Part shown: positions 51,319 to 61,769 of the stretch, piece after piece | Position numbering within the stretch: position 1 is the first letter of the stretch | Layout: each line of letters starts with the position of its first letter | DNA from: an uncultured bacterium | GTDB lineage: Bacteria; Desulfobacterota_D; UBA1144 | Assembly (NCBI GenBank): GCA_913050325.1 | Contig: CAJWZP010000001.1 | Location: 1,611 to 65,610, forward strand | DNA: 64,000 bases | Direction: 5' to 3' | The notes under the pieces: model-generated | The model's database searches: none | What the model saw: the letters and a program-made list of their open reading frames with translations, nothing else | What the model was told of the DNA's origin: nothing | Program-made: the position numbers and the translations under genes

Positions 51319-52677
51319 ATGAATACAAGAGTAAGATTTGCTCCAAGCCCAACTGGTTCTTTACATCTGGGAAGTGTCAGAACGGCAATTTTTAATTATC
51401 TCTTTTCAAAACAAACCAATGGTTCACTCATATTAAGAATTGAAGATACTGATAAGGGAAGATCTACAAGTCATTCTCAAGAGGAAATTTTGTCCTCTCT
51501 AAAGTGGTTAGGAATTCAATGGAATGAGGGTCCATATTTGCAATCAGAAAGAATAGAGATTTATCAAAATTATGCAAATATTCTTTTATCTGAAGGTAAG
51601 GCTTATAAATGCTTTTCATCCCAAGAAGAAATAAATAGAATTAAAGAACAAGCAAAAAAAGAAAAAAAAATTTATAAATATCCAAGGATTTGGAGAGATA
51701 GAAAAGATCATCCACAAAATAAAGATTTTGTAATTAGATTTAAAACCCCAGATAATAAAATCATTGATTTTAAAGATACTTTGAGAGGAAAAATAGAAAT
51801 TGAAAGTAATAATTTAGACGATTTTATAATAATAAAAAGCGACGGATTTCCAACATATAACTTTGCCTCAGCAATTGATGATATAGAAATGAAAATTACG
51901 AATGTTATTAGAGGTGAAGATCATTTATCAAATACGCCCAAACAGATATTAATTTATAATTCCTTGAATGCAAAAATTCCTGATTTTACTCATGTTTCAA
52001 TGATATTAGGCAAAGACAAAACTAAGTTAAGCAAGCGACATGGTGCTGAATCAATTGATAACTTTAAGTCTATGGGATTTTTGCCAGTTTCAATAATTAA
52101 TTATCTAGCAAGACTAGGCTGGTCGTTTGGCGATCAAGAAATTTTCTCTTTAAATGAAATGGAAGCAAACTTTAGTTTAGATAATTTAAATAAATCACCC
52201 GCTATTTTTGACCTAGAAAAATTTACATGGGTAAATTCAAATCAAATTAAAAAAGCAGATACTAATTATTTAAAAGAATTGATAAATTTTAAATTTATTG
52301 AAGGAATTGATATAGACTTAGCCATTTTGTCAGCCAAAGAAAAATCAAAAGATTTAATACAACTTAAAGAAGTTCTAAGTTTTTGTGAAACCAAAGAATT
52401 AAACATAGATGATAAATCAATTGAATCAATAAATGATTGTGATAAAAAAATATTAGAAAAGTTTTTAAATAGCTTTATGGATTATAATTTTAAAAACATG
52501 GATGAAATTGAAGATTTTTTTAAAAATTTTTTATTAAATAATAATTTAAAAATGAAAAACTTAGCATTTCCACTTAGATTAATATTAACTGGTTCTAAAA
52601 ATTCCCCGGGAATTTATCAAATATTAAAAATTCTTAGTAAAGAATTAATTTCTTATAGGGTTAAAAGGTTTTTATAG
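51319..52677 (+). CDS. gltX: glutamate--tRNA ligase
   Basis: 452 aa with the class I HIGH-like FAPSPTGSLHLG and KMSKS-like KLSKR motifs. Confidence 0.9.
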   Translation: MNTRVRFAPSPTGSLHLGSVRTAIFNYLFSKQTNGSLILRIEDTDKGRSTSHSQEEILSSLKWLGIQWNEGPYLQSERIEIYQNYANILLSEGKAYKCFSSQEEINRIKEQAKKEKKIYKYPRIWRDRKDHPQNKDFVIRFKTPDNKIIDFKDTLRGKIEIESNNLDDFIIIKSDGFPTYNFASAIDDIEMKITNVIRGEDHLSNTPKQILIYNSLNAKIPDFTHVSMILGKDKTKLSKRHGAESIDNFKSMGFLPVSIINYLARLGWSFGDQEIFSLNEMEANFSLDNLNKSPAIFDLEKFTWVNSNQIKKADTNYLKELINFKFIEGIDIDLAILSAKEKSKDLIQLKEVLSFCETKELNIDDKSIESINDCDKKILEKFLNSFMDYNFKNMDEIEDFFKNFLLNNNLKMKNLAFPLRLILTGSKNSPGIYQILKILSKELISYRVKRFL

Positions 52678-52679
52678 AA

Positions 52680-53288
52680 TTGAAAAATAAAATATTAAAA
52701 ATTGGTATATCTGGAATAATTGGAAGTGGTAAAAGTGAAGCAATTAAATTCTTCAAGTGGAAAAGGTTTCCATCATATGATTTGGATGAAATTTCAAAAA
52801 AGATTATGCAACCTGGGGAAAGTTGCTATAAAAAAATAATTAAAACTTTTGGGGATGAAATATTAGATAAAAATAAAAAAATAAACAGAGAAGAATTCAG
52901 AAAAATAATATTTAACGATGATAATAAAAGACTAAAGCTTAACTCAATAGTTCATCCTGAATTATTAAAAAAAGTTAAAGAATTTTCAAAAATAATGAAT
53001 TCTAAGAAAAAAAGGTTAATTTTCTTTGAAGGAGCTCTAATTAACAAAAAAACAAAAATAGGAGACTTTTTAGATTATATAATACTAATAAAATGTACAA
53101 AAAAAAATATAATTAAACGTGTAAAAGATAGGGATCATGTGCATTTTAATGAGATTAATACAATATTTAATATACAAAACGAAATCCACAAAAAAAAGGA
53201 TATGTATGATTTTGTAGTTACTAATAATGAAAAAATAGATGTTTTTAGAACTAAATTGAATTCAATACTAGAAAAAATATCTCATTAG
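52680..53288 (+). CDS. coaE: dephospho-CoA kinase
   Basis: 202 aa with a TTG start and the P-loop GISGIIGSGKSE. Confidence 0.85.
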   Translation: MKNKILKIGISGIIGSGKSEAIKFFKWKRFPSYDLDEISKKIMQPGESCYKKIIKTFGDEILDKNKKINREEFRKIIFNDDNKRLKLNSIVHPELLKKVKEFSKIMNSKKKRLIFFEGALINKKTKIGDFLDYIILIKCTKKNIIKRVKDRDHVHFNEINTIFNIQNEIHKKKDMYDFVVTNNEKIDVFRTKLNSILEKISH

Positions 53289-53366
53289 ATTATATTTTTA
53301 TAATTATTTTTTAACGAATTATTAATAATTAGCACGCGAATTAATTTAAATATATAGAGGTTTCAT

Positions 53367-54929
53367 ATGAGTGAAGAAATTACAATGGAACAAAAGATTA
53401 AATTTCTAGAGGAAAAACTAGCCAAAGCAGAAGAAGCTGGTGGTGATGCCAGAGTAGATAAGCAACATAATCAAGGAAAGCTAACAGCACGAGAAAGAAT
53501 CAACCTGCTTTTGGATAATGGAAGTTTTGTTGAACTGGATAAATTTGTTGAACACCAAAACTATAATTTTGGAATGGAGAAAACTAAATTCCTTGGTGAT
53601 GGAGTTGTTACAGGATATGGAAAAATTGATGGTAGACAAGTATTTGTATATGCGCAAGATTTTACTATTTTTGGAGGGGCTTTAGGTTTAGCTCATGCAA
53701 GAAAAATAACAAAAATTATGGATATGGCAATGCAAGTAGGATGTCCTGTAATAGGTTTAAGTGATTCTGGAGGAGCAAGAATTCAAGAAGGAGTTAGAGG
53801 TCTTGCGGGTTATGCAGAGATATTTTTGAGAAATGTTCAATCCTCAGGTGTTATTCCTCAAATTTCAGCAATAATGGGTCCTAGTGCTGGAGGTGCAGTT
53901 TATTCACCAGCAATGACAGATTTTATTGCTATGGTGAAAAATACCAGCTACATGTTTATCACTGGTCCAGATGTTGTTAAAACCGTTACCAATGAAGAAG
54001 TTACTTCTGAAGAATTAGGTGGTGCGGTTGTACACACCTCCGAAAGTGGAGTCGCTCAATTTGCCGCAGAAAATGATGAAGATTGTCTTGCTTTATTAAG
54101 AGAATTATTTACTTTTTTACCACTAAATAATATGGAAGATCCTCCATCTATTGCATGTGATGATCCAATTGATAGAAAAGTAGATAAGCTTCGTGATATT
54201 GTTCCAACCAACCCTAACAAGCCATATGATATGAAAGAGGTTATTTCATCAATTGTGGATAATGAATATTTTTTTGAAGTAGCTGAAAATTATGCTCAGA
54301 ATATTGTTGTAGGATTTGCTCGGATAAATGGTAAAACAATTGGAGTTGTAGGTAACCAACCAAATGTATTAGCTGGAGTTCTAGATATTAAATCATCAAT
54401 TAAAGGTGCAAGATTTGTAAGATTTTGTGATTGCTTCAATATACCTCTTCTTACTTTAGTAGATGTTCCTGGCTTTTTACCAGGGGTAGATCAAGAACTT
54501 AATGGAATAATATTGCATGGTGCTAAATTATTATATGCATATTGTGAAGCTACAGTTCCGAGAGTTACAGTTATTACTAGGAAAGCATATGGTGGTGCAT
54601 ACGATGTTATGTCATCAAAACATTTAAGAGGTGATATCAACCTTGCCTTCCCTACTGCTGAGATTGCTGTAATGGGTCCTGATGGAGCGGTAAATATTGT
54701 TAATAGAAGAGAAATTCAAAATGCTGAAGATCCGGTTGCCGAAAAAGCAAAATTGGTTGAAGAATATAAAGAGCTTTTTGCTAACCCTTACAGAGCTGCA
54801 AACTTAGGATATATTGATGAGGTTATTAAGCCTGAGGATACCAGAATAAGAGTTGCAAATTCCTTTGAAATGTTAGAAGGTAAAAGACAAAATAATCCAC
54901 CTAAAAAACATGGGCTTATTCCCCTATAA
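53367..54929 (+). CDS. pccB: acyl-CoA carboxylase carboxyltransferase subunit (propionyl-CoA carboxylase beta-like)
   Basis: 520 aa of two-domain carboxyltransferase with the PccB/AccD5 family N-terminus [32 protein letters not shown]. Confidence 0.9.
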   Translation: MSEEITMEQKIKFLEEKLAKAEEAGGDARVDKQHNQGKLTARERINLLLDNGSFVELDKFVEHQNYNFGMEKTKFLGDGVVTGYGKIDGRQVFVYAQDFTIFGGALGLAHARKITKIMDMAMQVGCPVIGLSDSGGARIQEGVRGLAGYAEIFLRNVQSSGVIPQISAIMGPSAGGAVYSPAMTDFIAMVKNTSYMFITGPDVVKTVTNEEVTSEELGGAVVHTSESGVAQFAAENDEDCLALLRELFTFLPLNNMEDPPSIACDDPIDRKVDKLRDIVPTNPNKPYDMKEVISSIVDNEYFFEVAENYAQNIVVGFARINGKTIGVVGNQPNVLAGVLDIKSSIKGARFVRFCDCFNIPLLTLVDVPGFLPGVDQELNGIILHGAKLLYAYCEATVPRVTVITRKAYGGAYDVMSSKHLRGDINLAFPTAEIAVMGPDGAVNIVNRREIQNAEDPVAEKAKLVEEYKELFANPYRAANLGYIDEVIKPEDTRIRVANSFEMLEGKRQNNPPKKHGLIPL

Positions 54930-54945
54930 AATTTAAGAGGTATTT

Positions 54946-56442
54946 ATGTATAAAAAAATATTAATTGCAAATAGGGGCGAAATAGCGATAAGAATCATAA
55001 GGGCTTGTAAGGAGCTTAATATTAAAACTGTAGCTGTTTATTCAGATGCAGATAAAGGATCTTTGCATGTTAATATGGCTGACGAAGCCTATAATATTGG
55101 AGGGCCATTACCTAGCCAAAGTTATCTAATAGGAAAAAATATTATTAAAGTTGCTAAGAAAGCAAAGTGTGATGGGATTCATCCTGGATATGGTTTTTTG
55201 TCAGAAAATGCCGAATTTGCCGAAGATTGTATAAAAAATAAAATTGATTTTATTGGACCAAGTGCTGAAGCTATAAGACTAATGGGTGATAAAATTACCT
55301 CCAGAGATATAGCTAAATCTGCTAAAGTTCCATTAGTTCCCGGAACTGAGGGTGAAGTTAGTAATGAAGAAGCGGTTCAGGCAGCTAAAGACATCGGCTT
55401 TCCACTCATGATTAAAGCTTCTGCAGGTGGTGGTGGTAAAGGTATGAGGCTTGTTCATAAAATGTCTGACTTTGAAAATTCTTTAAATATGGCAAAAAGT
55501 GAAGCTAAATCTGCATTCAATAATGACGCGGTCTTTATTGAAAGATTTGTTCAAGAGCCTAGGCACATTGAAATACAAATTCTTGGTGATAAACATGGAA
55601 ACGTTGTGCATCTTTTTGAAAGAGAATGCTCCATTCAAAGAAGACATCAAAAAGTTGTAGAGGAAGCTCCCTCACCAGGTGTTAGTAAAAAAACTAGAGA
55701 ATTGATGGGAAATATTGCTGTAAAACTTGCAAAAAAAGTTTCATATCATGGAGCAGGTACAGTTGAATTTATTATGGACCAAAAAGAAAATTTTTATTTT
55801 CTTGAAATGAATACTCGTGTACAAGTAGAACATCCAATAACAGAAATGATAACAGGAATAGATATTGTTAAAGAAATGATTAAAGTCTCATATGGTGAAA
55901 AATTAAGTATTAAACAGAAAGATATAACAATAACAGGTCATGCGATTGAATGTAGAATTTGTGCTGAAGACCCAGGTAATAATTTTATTCCAACACCAGG
56001 TATAGCTAGCTATACTAAATCTCCCCAAGGGCCTGGTGTGAGAGATGACTCTTCTTTATTTAATGGCTATGAAGTTACAACTTTTTATGATCCTATGCTA
56101 TCTAAACTTATTGTTTGGGGTAAAGATCGTAATGATGCCATAAAAAGAATGGCAAGAGCATTAGATGAATATATTGTCCTTGGCTTAAAAACCAATCTTG
56201 GTTTTTTGAATAGACTAATGGATGAAAAAGACTTTATTGATGCCAAACTTGATACTGGTTTTATCGATAAGCATAAAAAATTACTAAACACACCAAAAGA
56301 AAATTTAAGTATATCCGCAATAGCTGGTGTTATTACATTACATTCTGGTATAGATGTTGAAAATATTTCTAGAGATCCTAGGTTCACACCTTGGAAATAT
56401 ATAGCTAGAAGAGTAAGTATATCAAGAAATTCAATGTTTTAA
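54946..56442 (+). CDS. accC: biotin carboxylase subunit (BC only, no fused BCCP)
   Basis: 498 aa with MYKKILIANRGEIAIRII and ATP-grasp motifs. It ends without a biotinyl domain. Confidence 0.9.
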   Translation: MYKKILIANRGEIAIRIIRACKELNIKTVAVYSDADKGSLHVNMADEAYNIGGPLPSQSYLIGKNIIKVAKKAKCDGIHPGYGFLSENAEFAEDCIKNKIDFIGPSAEAIRLMGDKITSRDIAKSAKVPLVPGTEGEVSNEEAVQAAKDIGFPLMIKASAGGGGKGMRLVHKMSDFENSLNMAKSEAKSAFNNDAVFIERFVQEPRHIEIQILGDKHGNVVHLFERECSIQRRHQKVVEEAPSPGVSKKTRELMGNIAVKLAKKVSYHGAGTVEFIMDQKENFYFLEMNTRVQVEHPITEMITGIDIVKEMIKVSYGEKLSIKQKDITITGHAIECRICAEDPGNNFIPTPGIASYTKSPQGPGVRDDSSLFNGYEVTTFYDPMLSKLIVWGKDRNDAIKRMARALDEYIVLGLKTNLGFLNRLMDEKDFIDAKLDTGFIDKHKKLLNTPKENLSISAIAGVITLHSGIDVENISRDPRFTPWKYIARRVSISRNSMF

Positions 56443-56457
56443 TTTATAGGAAAAAAA

Positions 56458-56964
56458 ATGAAATATAGTTTAAAAATAGGTAAAGAAATTTTGAATTTTA
56501 ATCTCGCAGAAAGTGGAGAGATTTTTAATATTGAATTTAATGAAAAAAAATATAATGCCGAATTAATAAAAATCGATTCAAATCTTTATTCAATGATTTT
56601 AGATGGTCAAACATGTACAGTTGCAATCAAAAAAGAAGGGAAGTCAATTGAGATTTTTTACAAAGGGGACCTCTTTAGTTTTGAAATTCCTTCAGCTAGA
56701 GATAAAAGCTCATTAGAGAATGCTTCAGGTGTTGATAAAATTTCTGCTCCTATGCCTGGAAGAGTAGTAAAAGTTTTAAAAAAGGTTGGAGATATTATTA
56801 AAGAAGGTGAGGGATTAATTGTTGTTGAGGCTATGAAAATGGAAAGTGAACTTAAATCTTCAATAGATGGGAAAGTCAGTGAGATAAGTGTTAAAGATGG
56901 AGATACAGTTGACTTAGGAGCACACTTAATAACAGTTGAAAACGATGAAAAAGAAGATTCCTAA
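56458..56964 (+). CDS. accB: biotin carboxyl carrier protein (biotinyl domain)
   Basis: 168 aa with the biotinylation motif EAMKME in the C-terminal lipoyl-like domain. Confidence 0.8.
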   Translation: MKYSLKIGKEILNFNLAESGEIFNIEFNEKKYNAELIKIDSNLYSMILDGQTCTVAIKKEGKSIEIFYKGDLFSFEIPSARDKSSLENASGVDKISAPMPGRVVKVLKKVGDIIKEGEGLIVVEAMKMESELKSSIDGKVSEISVKDGDTVDLGAHLITVENDEKEDS

Positions 56965-58489
56965 CTTTCTCATAATTACCTTTTTTTTTCTTATATCATT
57001 ATTATTTACAAAATTATCGATAGCAGACAATGAAGTTACTATTAATATGTCCAGTGAGCCTGGTACGCTTGATTGGAACTTGGCCACAGATAGCTCTTCT
57101 TTTTTAATTATAAATAATATAATGAAAGGGCTAACCAAACTAAATAAAGATTTAAAAGTTGAAAATAATTTAGCTGATGAATGGTATTTTACTGATGAAT
57201 CAAAAATTATTTTTAAACTAAAGAAAGGTATTTTATGGTCTGACAATAAAGAGCTAAAAGCTCATCATTTCAAAGACTCATGGGAAAGACTTTTAAATCC
57301 TAAAACTGCGGCAGACTATGCATACTTCTTGTTCGATATAAAAAATGCAAAAGAATATAATTCTGGAAAAATAAAAAATTTTGAAGAAGTAGGAATTAAG
57401 ATAATCAATGATTATATAATAGAAATTGATCTCATTGAAAAAAAAACATACTTTCCCAGTTTGATGAGTTTTATGTCAACTTTCCCAATTAGAAAAGACT
57501 TAATTTCTATATATAAAGAATCATGGGTCAGAAAAGAAAACTTAGTAACATTAGGTGAATTCAGATTAATTGATAGAAAAAATAACAGCTATTTACTTTT
57601 TAAAAATAAAAAAAATAAGATTGTAAAAATAATTATAAATGAAAATAGTTCATCTTCTTTAGCAATGTTTGAAAGCGGACAGATTGATATACTAGATGGA
57701 GGAGGGATACCATTACTTGAGATACCATATTTAAAAGAAAAAAAAATATTAAAAACAGTTAGTCAATTTAGAAATAATTATATTGGTTTTAATGTTAATA
57801 AATTCCCATTTAATGACCCTGATATAAGGAGAGCTTTTTTATATTCGATTGATAAAAGCGTGATAGAGAAAATTTTACAAAAAACCGTTAAAAAAACTAG
57901 CTCCTGGATACCTGAAGGTATGTTAGGAAATAGAGTTTATATAAATGAATTTAATTCAGAAAAAGCAAAAAAAATATTAAAAGATAAAAAATTTTATCAA
58001 AAAATAAAAGATAAAAAAATCAAGTTTTTATTCCCTGAATCAGCAAATAATAGATTAATTGCTGAAGTACTTCAGGACATGTGGAAAACTAATATTGGTG
58101 TTGATATCGAGGTTGAAGGACTTGAGTGGAAAGTTTATCTAAGCAAGTTAGATACTGATAGACCTCATATGTTTAGAGCTGGATGGTCAGCAGATTATGC
58201 AGATCCTCATAATTTTATGAACCTTTTTACATGTAATAGTGGTAATAATGAGACAGGATGGTGTAATGAAAATTTTGATAATATTGTAAGAAAAGCGTCA
58301 AGCGAATTAGATTTAAAAATTAGAGATAGACTTTATAAACAAGCACAAAAAATATTATTAGATAAAGATATTGTTATTATTCCATTATATGAATCTGATC
58401 AAATTTACCTTCAAAGTGATAAAATAAAATCAGTTAACTATTCTAAGTTAGGAGTCCTAAATTTTTCACAAATTAAATTTAAGAATTGA
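56936..58489 (+). CDS. ABC transporter substrate-binding protein, family 5 (peptide/nickel/opine)
   Basis: 517 aa with a signal peptide and SBP_bac_5 architecture. It overlaps the accB end by 29 nt. No cognate permease or ATPase is adjacent. Confidence 0.8.
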   Translation: MKTMKKKIPNFLIITFFFLISLLFTKLSIADNEVTINMSSEPGTLDWNLATDSSSFLIINNIMKGLTKLNKDLKVENNLADEWYFTDESKIIFKLKKGILWSDNKELKAHHFKDSWERLLNPKTAADYAYFLFDIKNAKEYNSGKIKNFEEVGIKIINDYIIEIDLIEKKTYFPSLMSFMSTFPIRKDLISIYKESWVRKENLVTLGEFRLIDRKNNSYLLFKNKKNKIVKIIINENSSSSLAMFESGQIDILDGGGIPLLEIPYLKEKKILKTVSQFRNNYIGFNVNKFPFNDPDIRRAFLYSIDKSVIEKILQKTVKKTSSWIPEGMLGNRVYINEFNSEKAKKILKDKKFYQKIKDKKIKFLFPESANNRLIAEVLQDMWKTNIGVDIEVEGLEWKVYLSKLDTDRPHMFRAGWSADYADPHNFMNLFTCNSGNNETGWCNENFDNIVRKASSELDLKIRDRLYKQAQKILLDKDIVIIPLYESDQIYLQSDKIKSVNYSKLGVLNFSQIKFKN

Positions 58490-59531
58490 AATAAGGAATA
58501 ATTTCTTTTGAATATACTTCCATTGCATAGTTTGGATCAGGACTAAAGTAATGAAATAAGACAAAATGTTTAACACCATTATCAATATATTTTTCTATCT
58601 TTTTAATACAATCATTCTTAGAACCTGTGATTGTAAAATCAATTACAGCTTCTCTTGGAAAAAAATTTCCAAGCTCTCTAAATTTTTGTTTTTTAACTTC
58701 ATCAGTCGGGGTAATGTTGAAATAGTTTATTCCTTTGTATTCATCTGGAATATCAATATCATATCCAGCTTTTTTCAACTGTTCTTGCATTATGCAGACA
58801 TATCTATAGGGTTCAAGTGATTTATAGGCTTCGTCTTCATCTTTACCTAGAGATGTAAAAATCCATACAGTTGGATCGATCGATTGAATATCTCTTCCAG
58901 CATTTAAAGCTGAATTCTTTATTTTTTCCAAATATATTGAATATAATTTTGGAGTTAAATCTAAGGGCATCCAACCATCTCCGAGTCTACCAATTAAATC
59001 TAATCCTTTATCAGTGTGGGTAGCGAAATAAAAGGGAATACTATTTTTATCCTCATAGAGATTTAGTAATAATGAAGCATCTTTCAATTCGAAGAAGTCA
59101 CCTTTATAACTTACTGTTTCTTTTGTTGACCACAGAAGCTTCATTATATCCATAGATTCGGTCATTCTTTTAAACGGGTTATTCCATGGAATACCATAAG
59201 CATCTGTATTCATTGATTCTCCTACGCCTAAACCCAGAGAAACTCTACCTTTTGATATATGATCTACTGTAGCAAGTCTTTGAGCAAATACAGCTGGATG
59301 ATTCCTATGTGGATCAGAAGTAGTCCCGATTGTGATATTTTTTGTTAATTTCGCAACAACAGCTGCAATAGTCCAAGCTTCAAATGCTGGACTTGGAGCA
59401 ATAAATGCAAGATGATCAGGAAACCATAGAGAGTCAAATCCCATCTCATCAGCCTTAATAGAAAAATTAATTAATTCATCACAATTTGCTCCGGGCATTG
59501 GTGGGACTAAGCCAAATTTTATATTGCTCAT
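58479..59531 (-). CDS. LLM-class (luciferase-like) flavin/F420-dependent oxidoreductase
   Basis: 350 aa with the N-terminus KFGLVPPMP...DSLWFPDHL and a TIM-barrel LLM family pattern. The cofactor cannot be assigned from sequence. Confidence 0.75.
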   Translation of the reverse strand: MSNIKFGLVPPMPGANCDELINFSIKADEMGFDSLWFPDHLAFIAPSPAFEAWTIAAVVAKLTKNITIGTTSDPHRNHPAVFAQRLATVDHISKGRVSLGLGVGESMNTDAYGIPWNNPFKRMTESMDIMKLLWSTKETVSYKGDFFELKDASLLLNLYEDKNSIPFYFATHTDKGLDLIGRLGDGWMPLDLTPKLYSIYLEKIKNSALNAGRDIQSIDPTVWIFTSLGKDEDEAYKSLEPYRYVCIMQEQLKKAGYDIDIPDEYKGINYFNITPTDEVKKQKFRELGNFFPREAVIDFTITGSKNDCIKKIEKYIDNGVKHFVLFHYFSPDPNYAMEVYSKEIIPYFNS

Positions 59532-59535
59532 TGAA

Positions 59536-60669
59536 TTACTCTAAAAAACTCTTTAAAACTTCTCCAACATCGGATTTTGCTAATTTTTCTAATGCTTTTT
59601 TCTCAATTTGACGAATTCTCTCTCTAGTTAGATCAAATTTTTTACCAATTTCATCTAAAGTATATGTACTTTCCATATCAATACCAAATCTCATTTTTAT
59701 GATTTCTTCTTCTCTTGGAGTTAAGGCCTTCAAAGCTCCTTTAATTCTCTCAGTCAATGAGCTTTCAGCAACAATTCTATCAGGCACTGGTGAACCTTCA
59801 TCAGGAATAAAATCTAAGAGAGTTGCTTTTTCTCCATCAAAAACAGGAGTATCAAGCTGAACAACTTCATTAGTTGATTCTAGTATCCTTTTAACACCAT
59901 CAACAGATATTCCAACTTTTTCAGAAATTTCAGTTGGTGTTGGTTTTCTTCCTAAATCTTTTTGTAATGCTGTACTAGCTTTAAAAACTTTACTAGCTTG
60001 CTCAAGGACATATACAGGCACTCTAATCGTCCTTGTTTGGTCTAAAAGTGCTCTTGAAATGGCTTGGTGTATCCACCATGAGGCATATGTGGAAAATTTA
60101 AAACCTTTTGTATGATCAAATCTTTCGACAGCTCTCATTAGACCAACATTTCCCTCTTGAATTAAGTCCTGAAGAGCTAATCCTCTTCCAATATATCGCT
60201 TGGCTATACTTACAACAAGCCTCAAGTTTGCCTTTACAAATCTTTCTTTAAGATTATTAGCAAGATTGGTATATGCTTTTATATAGCCTTCAACCTCGGC
60301 AATTCTTCTTTTTTTTCCGCCTTTTAAAGAAACTAGTTTTTTCTTCTGAATAGAGCTGATTGACGAATCTTCAACATCTTCAAGAAGTTTTTTAAAATTG
60401 CTGGCTATTAATTCAGATTTTTTTATTTTAGCTGAAACTTCAACTTCCTGCTTAGACTTTAATAAAGGCTCCAAAGACATATCTTTGAAATAAACATACA
60501 ATAACCTATATTGCTCATCAGGTACCCAATCTTTCTTCTTTGATTTTGATCCAACATTTCTTAGAGTTGTTTTTTGATATTCTTCTAATAATGCCTTATC
60601 ATCCAGATCACCATCATTTGATGATTGTTGATCTGAATTATTATATTCTTGATACTCATCGGCTCCCAT
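59536..60669 (-). CDS. rpoD: RNA polymerase sigma-70 family factor (RpoD/SigA-like, short form without region 1.1 or a long NCR)
   Basis: 377 aa with region 2 ([34 protein letters not shown]) and region 4 ([19 protein letters not shown]). Confidence 0.85.
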   Translation of the reverse strand: MGADEYQEYNNSDQQSSNDGDLDDKALLEEYQKTTLRNVGSKSKKKDWVPDEQYRLLYVYFKDMSLEPLLKSKQEVEVSAKIKKSELIASNFKKLLEDVEDSSISSIQKKKLVSLKGGKKRRIAEVEGYIKAYTNLANNLKERFVKANLRLVVSIAKRYIGRGLALQDLIQEGNVGLMRAVERFDHTKGFKFSTYASWWIHQAISRALLDQTRTIRVPVYVLEQASKVFKASTALQKDLGRKPTPTEISEKVGISVDGVKRILESTNEVVQLDTPVFDGEKATLLDFIPDEGSPVPDRIVAESSLTERIKGALKALTPREEEIIKMRFGIDMESTYTLDEIGKKFDLTRERIRQIEKKALEKLAKSDVGEVLKSFLE

Positions 60670-60745
60670 TTCATACCCCTAAATAAATTATTAAAATAAA
60701 CGTGCCTAATTATACTATTTTCACCATAGAAAGTGAAGTACTATA

Positions 60746-60816
60746 CTGGCCCGGAAGGATTCGAACCTCCATTGCTTGGACCAAAACCAAGAGTCCTGCC
60801 ATTAGACGACGGGCCA
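60746..60816 (-). tRNA. tRNA-Gln (anticodon UUG)
   Basis: I folded it manually into a cloverleaf: acceptor TGGCCCG/CGGGCCA, D-stem GTCT/GGAC, anticodon stem CTTGG/CCAAG with loop TTTTGGT (anticodon TTG), and T-arm GGAGG-TTCGAAT-CCTTC. U1:A72 and G73 match tRNA-Gln identity elements. CCA is not encoded. Confidence 0.85.
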
Positions 60817-60860
60817 AATAAAATATATAAGTCATCATGATACAGGTATTTTTTTCAAAT

Positions 60861-61733
60861 TCAATCTATTTGAAATCGCCACCCTTCAATTGATGAACAA
60901 ATGAATGTTTTATAATGACTTGATGATTCAAAATATGACATTAATTCTTTCCCGGATTCATTTTGATTTATTATTGCAAAAATTGAAGAGCCTGAACCTG
61001 AAACTGAATATGAGTTCATACCCATTGAATCTAAAATTTGAAAAATTTCAACAAAACTATTATTTTCCCCAATCAAAATAGGTAAAAAGTCGTTTCTCAA
61101 TTCTATGTTAGAATCTGCGAATGAAATTGTTTTAGGTTTTTTTTGTTCAAAATATTTATTAATCATTGTTTCATTTTCTATCCATTTAGAATACATATCT
61201 GTTGAATAGCTACTAAAGTTTGGGACAATTAAAAAAAAATTTAAACTGGGTGGAGACTTAATAAGATTTATAGTTTCCCCTCTACCAGTTAAAATTGCTG
61301 ATCTAGAAAAAAGAAATAATGGAACATCTGAACCAATTTCGCATGCAATTTTGTATAAATCTTCAAATCTATCTAAATTAAATATTTTTGATAGCCCAAT
61401 TAAAATCGATGCAGCATTACTACTACCGCCTCCTAATCCGGAACCTAGAGGTATTTTTTTATCTATAAATATTTTTATGTTACTTTTGATATTAAAAAAT
61501 TCGAGGAATTTATTAGCAGCTATATAAGCAAGATTGTCACTTTCTTTGATTTTTTTATTGGTACATTCGACCTCAACACCATCTACAGTATCATCGAGTC
61601 TAATTTTTATAACATCAAATAGATCAATTATCTGAATATTAGATTCAATTTCATGAAAATTATCAATACGTTTGCTCTTAATTCTTAAAGATAAATTTAA
61701 TTTTGCTGGAGATAAAATACTAATATTTTTCAT
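60861..61733 (-). CDS. ispE: 4-(cytidine 5'-diphospho)-2-C-methyl-D-erythritol kinase
   Basis: 290 aa with the N-terminus PAKLNLSLRI and the GHMP kinase motif PLGSGLGGGSSNAAS. Confidence 0.85.
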   Translation of the reverse strand: MKNISILSPAKLNLSLRIKSKRIDNFHEIESNIQIIDLFDVIKIRLDDTVDGVEVECTNKKIKESDNLAYIAANKFLEFFNIKSNIKIFIDKKIPLGSGLGGGSSNAASILIGLSKIFNLDRFEDLYKIACEIGSDVPLFLFSRSAILTGRGETINLIKSPPSLNFFLIVPNFSSYSTDMYSKWIENETMINKYFEQKKPKTISFADSNIELRNDFLPILIGENNSFVEIFQILDSMGMNSYSVSGSGSSIFAIINQNESGKELMSYFESSSHYKTFICSSIEGWRFQID

Positions 61734-61769
61734 ACACTGATATAATATAATTCATAATTTAAATTATTT

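Noticed and set aside
58479-59531. LLM oxidoreductase plus family-5 SBP as a functional unit, for example an F420- or flavin-dependent uptake and oxidation module
   Set aside because: The genes are convergent with overlapping stops, so they are not co-transcribed. The association is probably incidental.
60746-60816. tRNA-Gln as a possible integration site for a mobile element or island
   Set aside because: There is no integrase, no direct repeat of the tRNA 3' end, and both flanks are housekeeping (ispE, rpoD).
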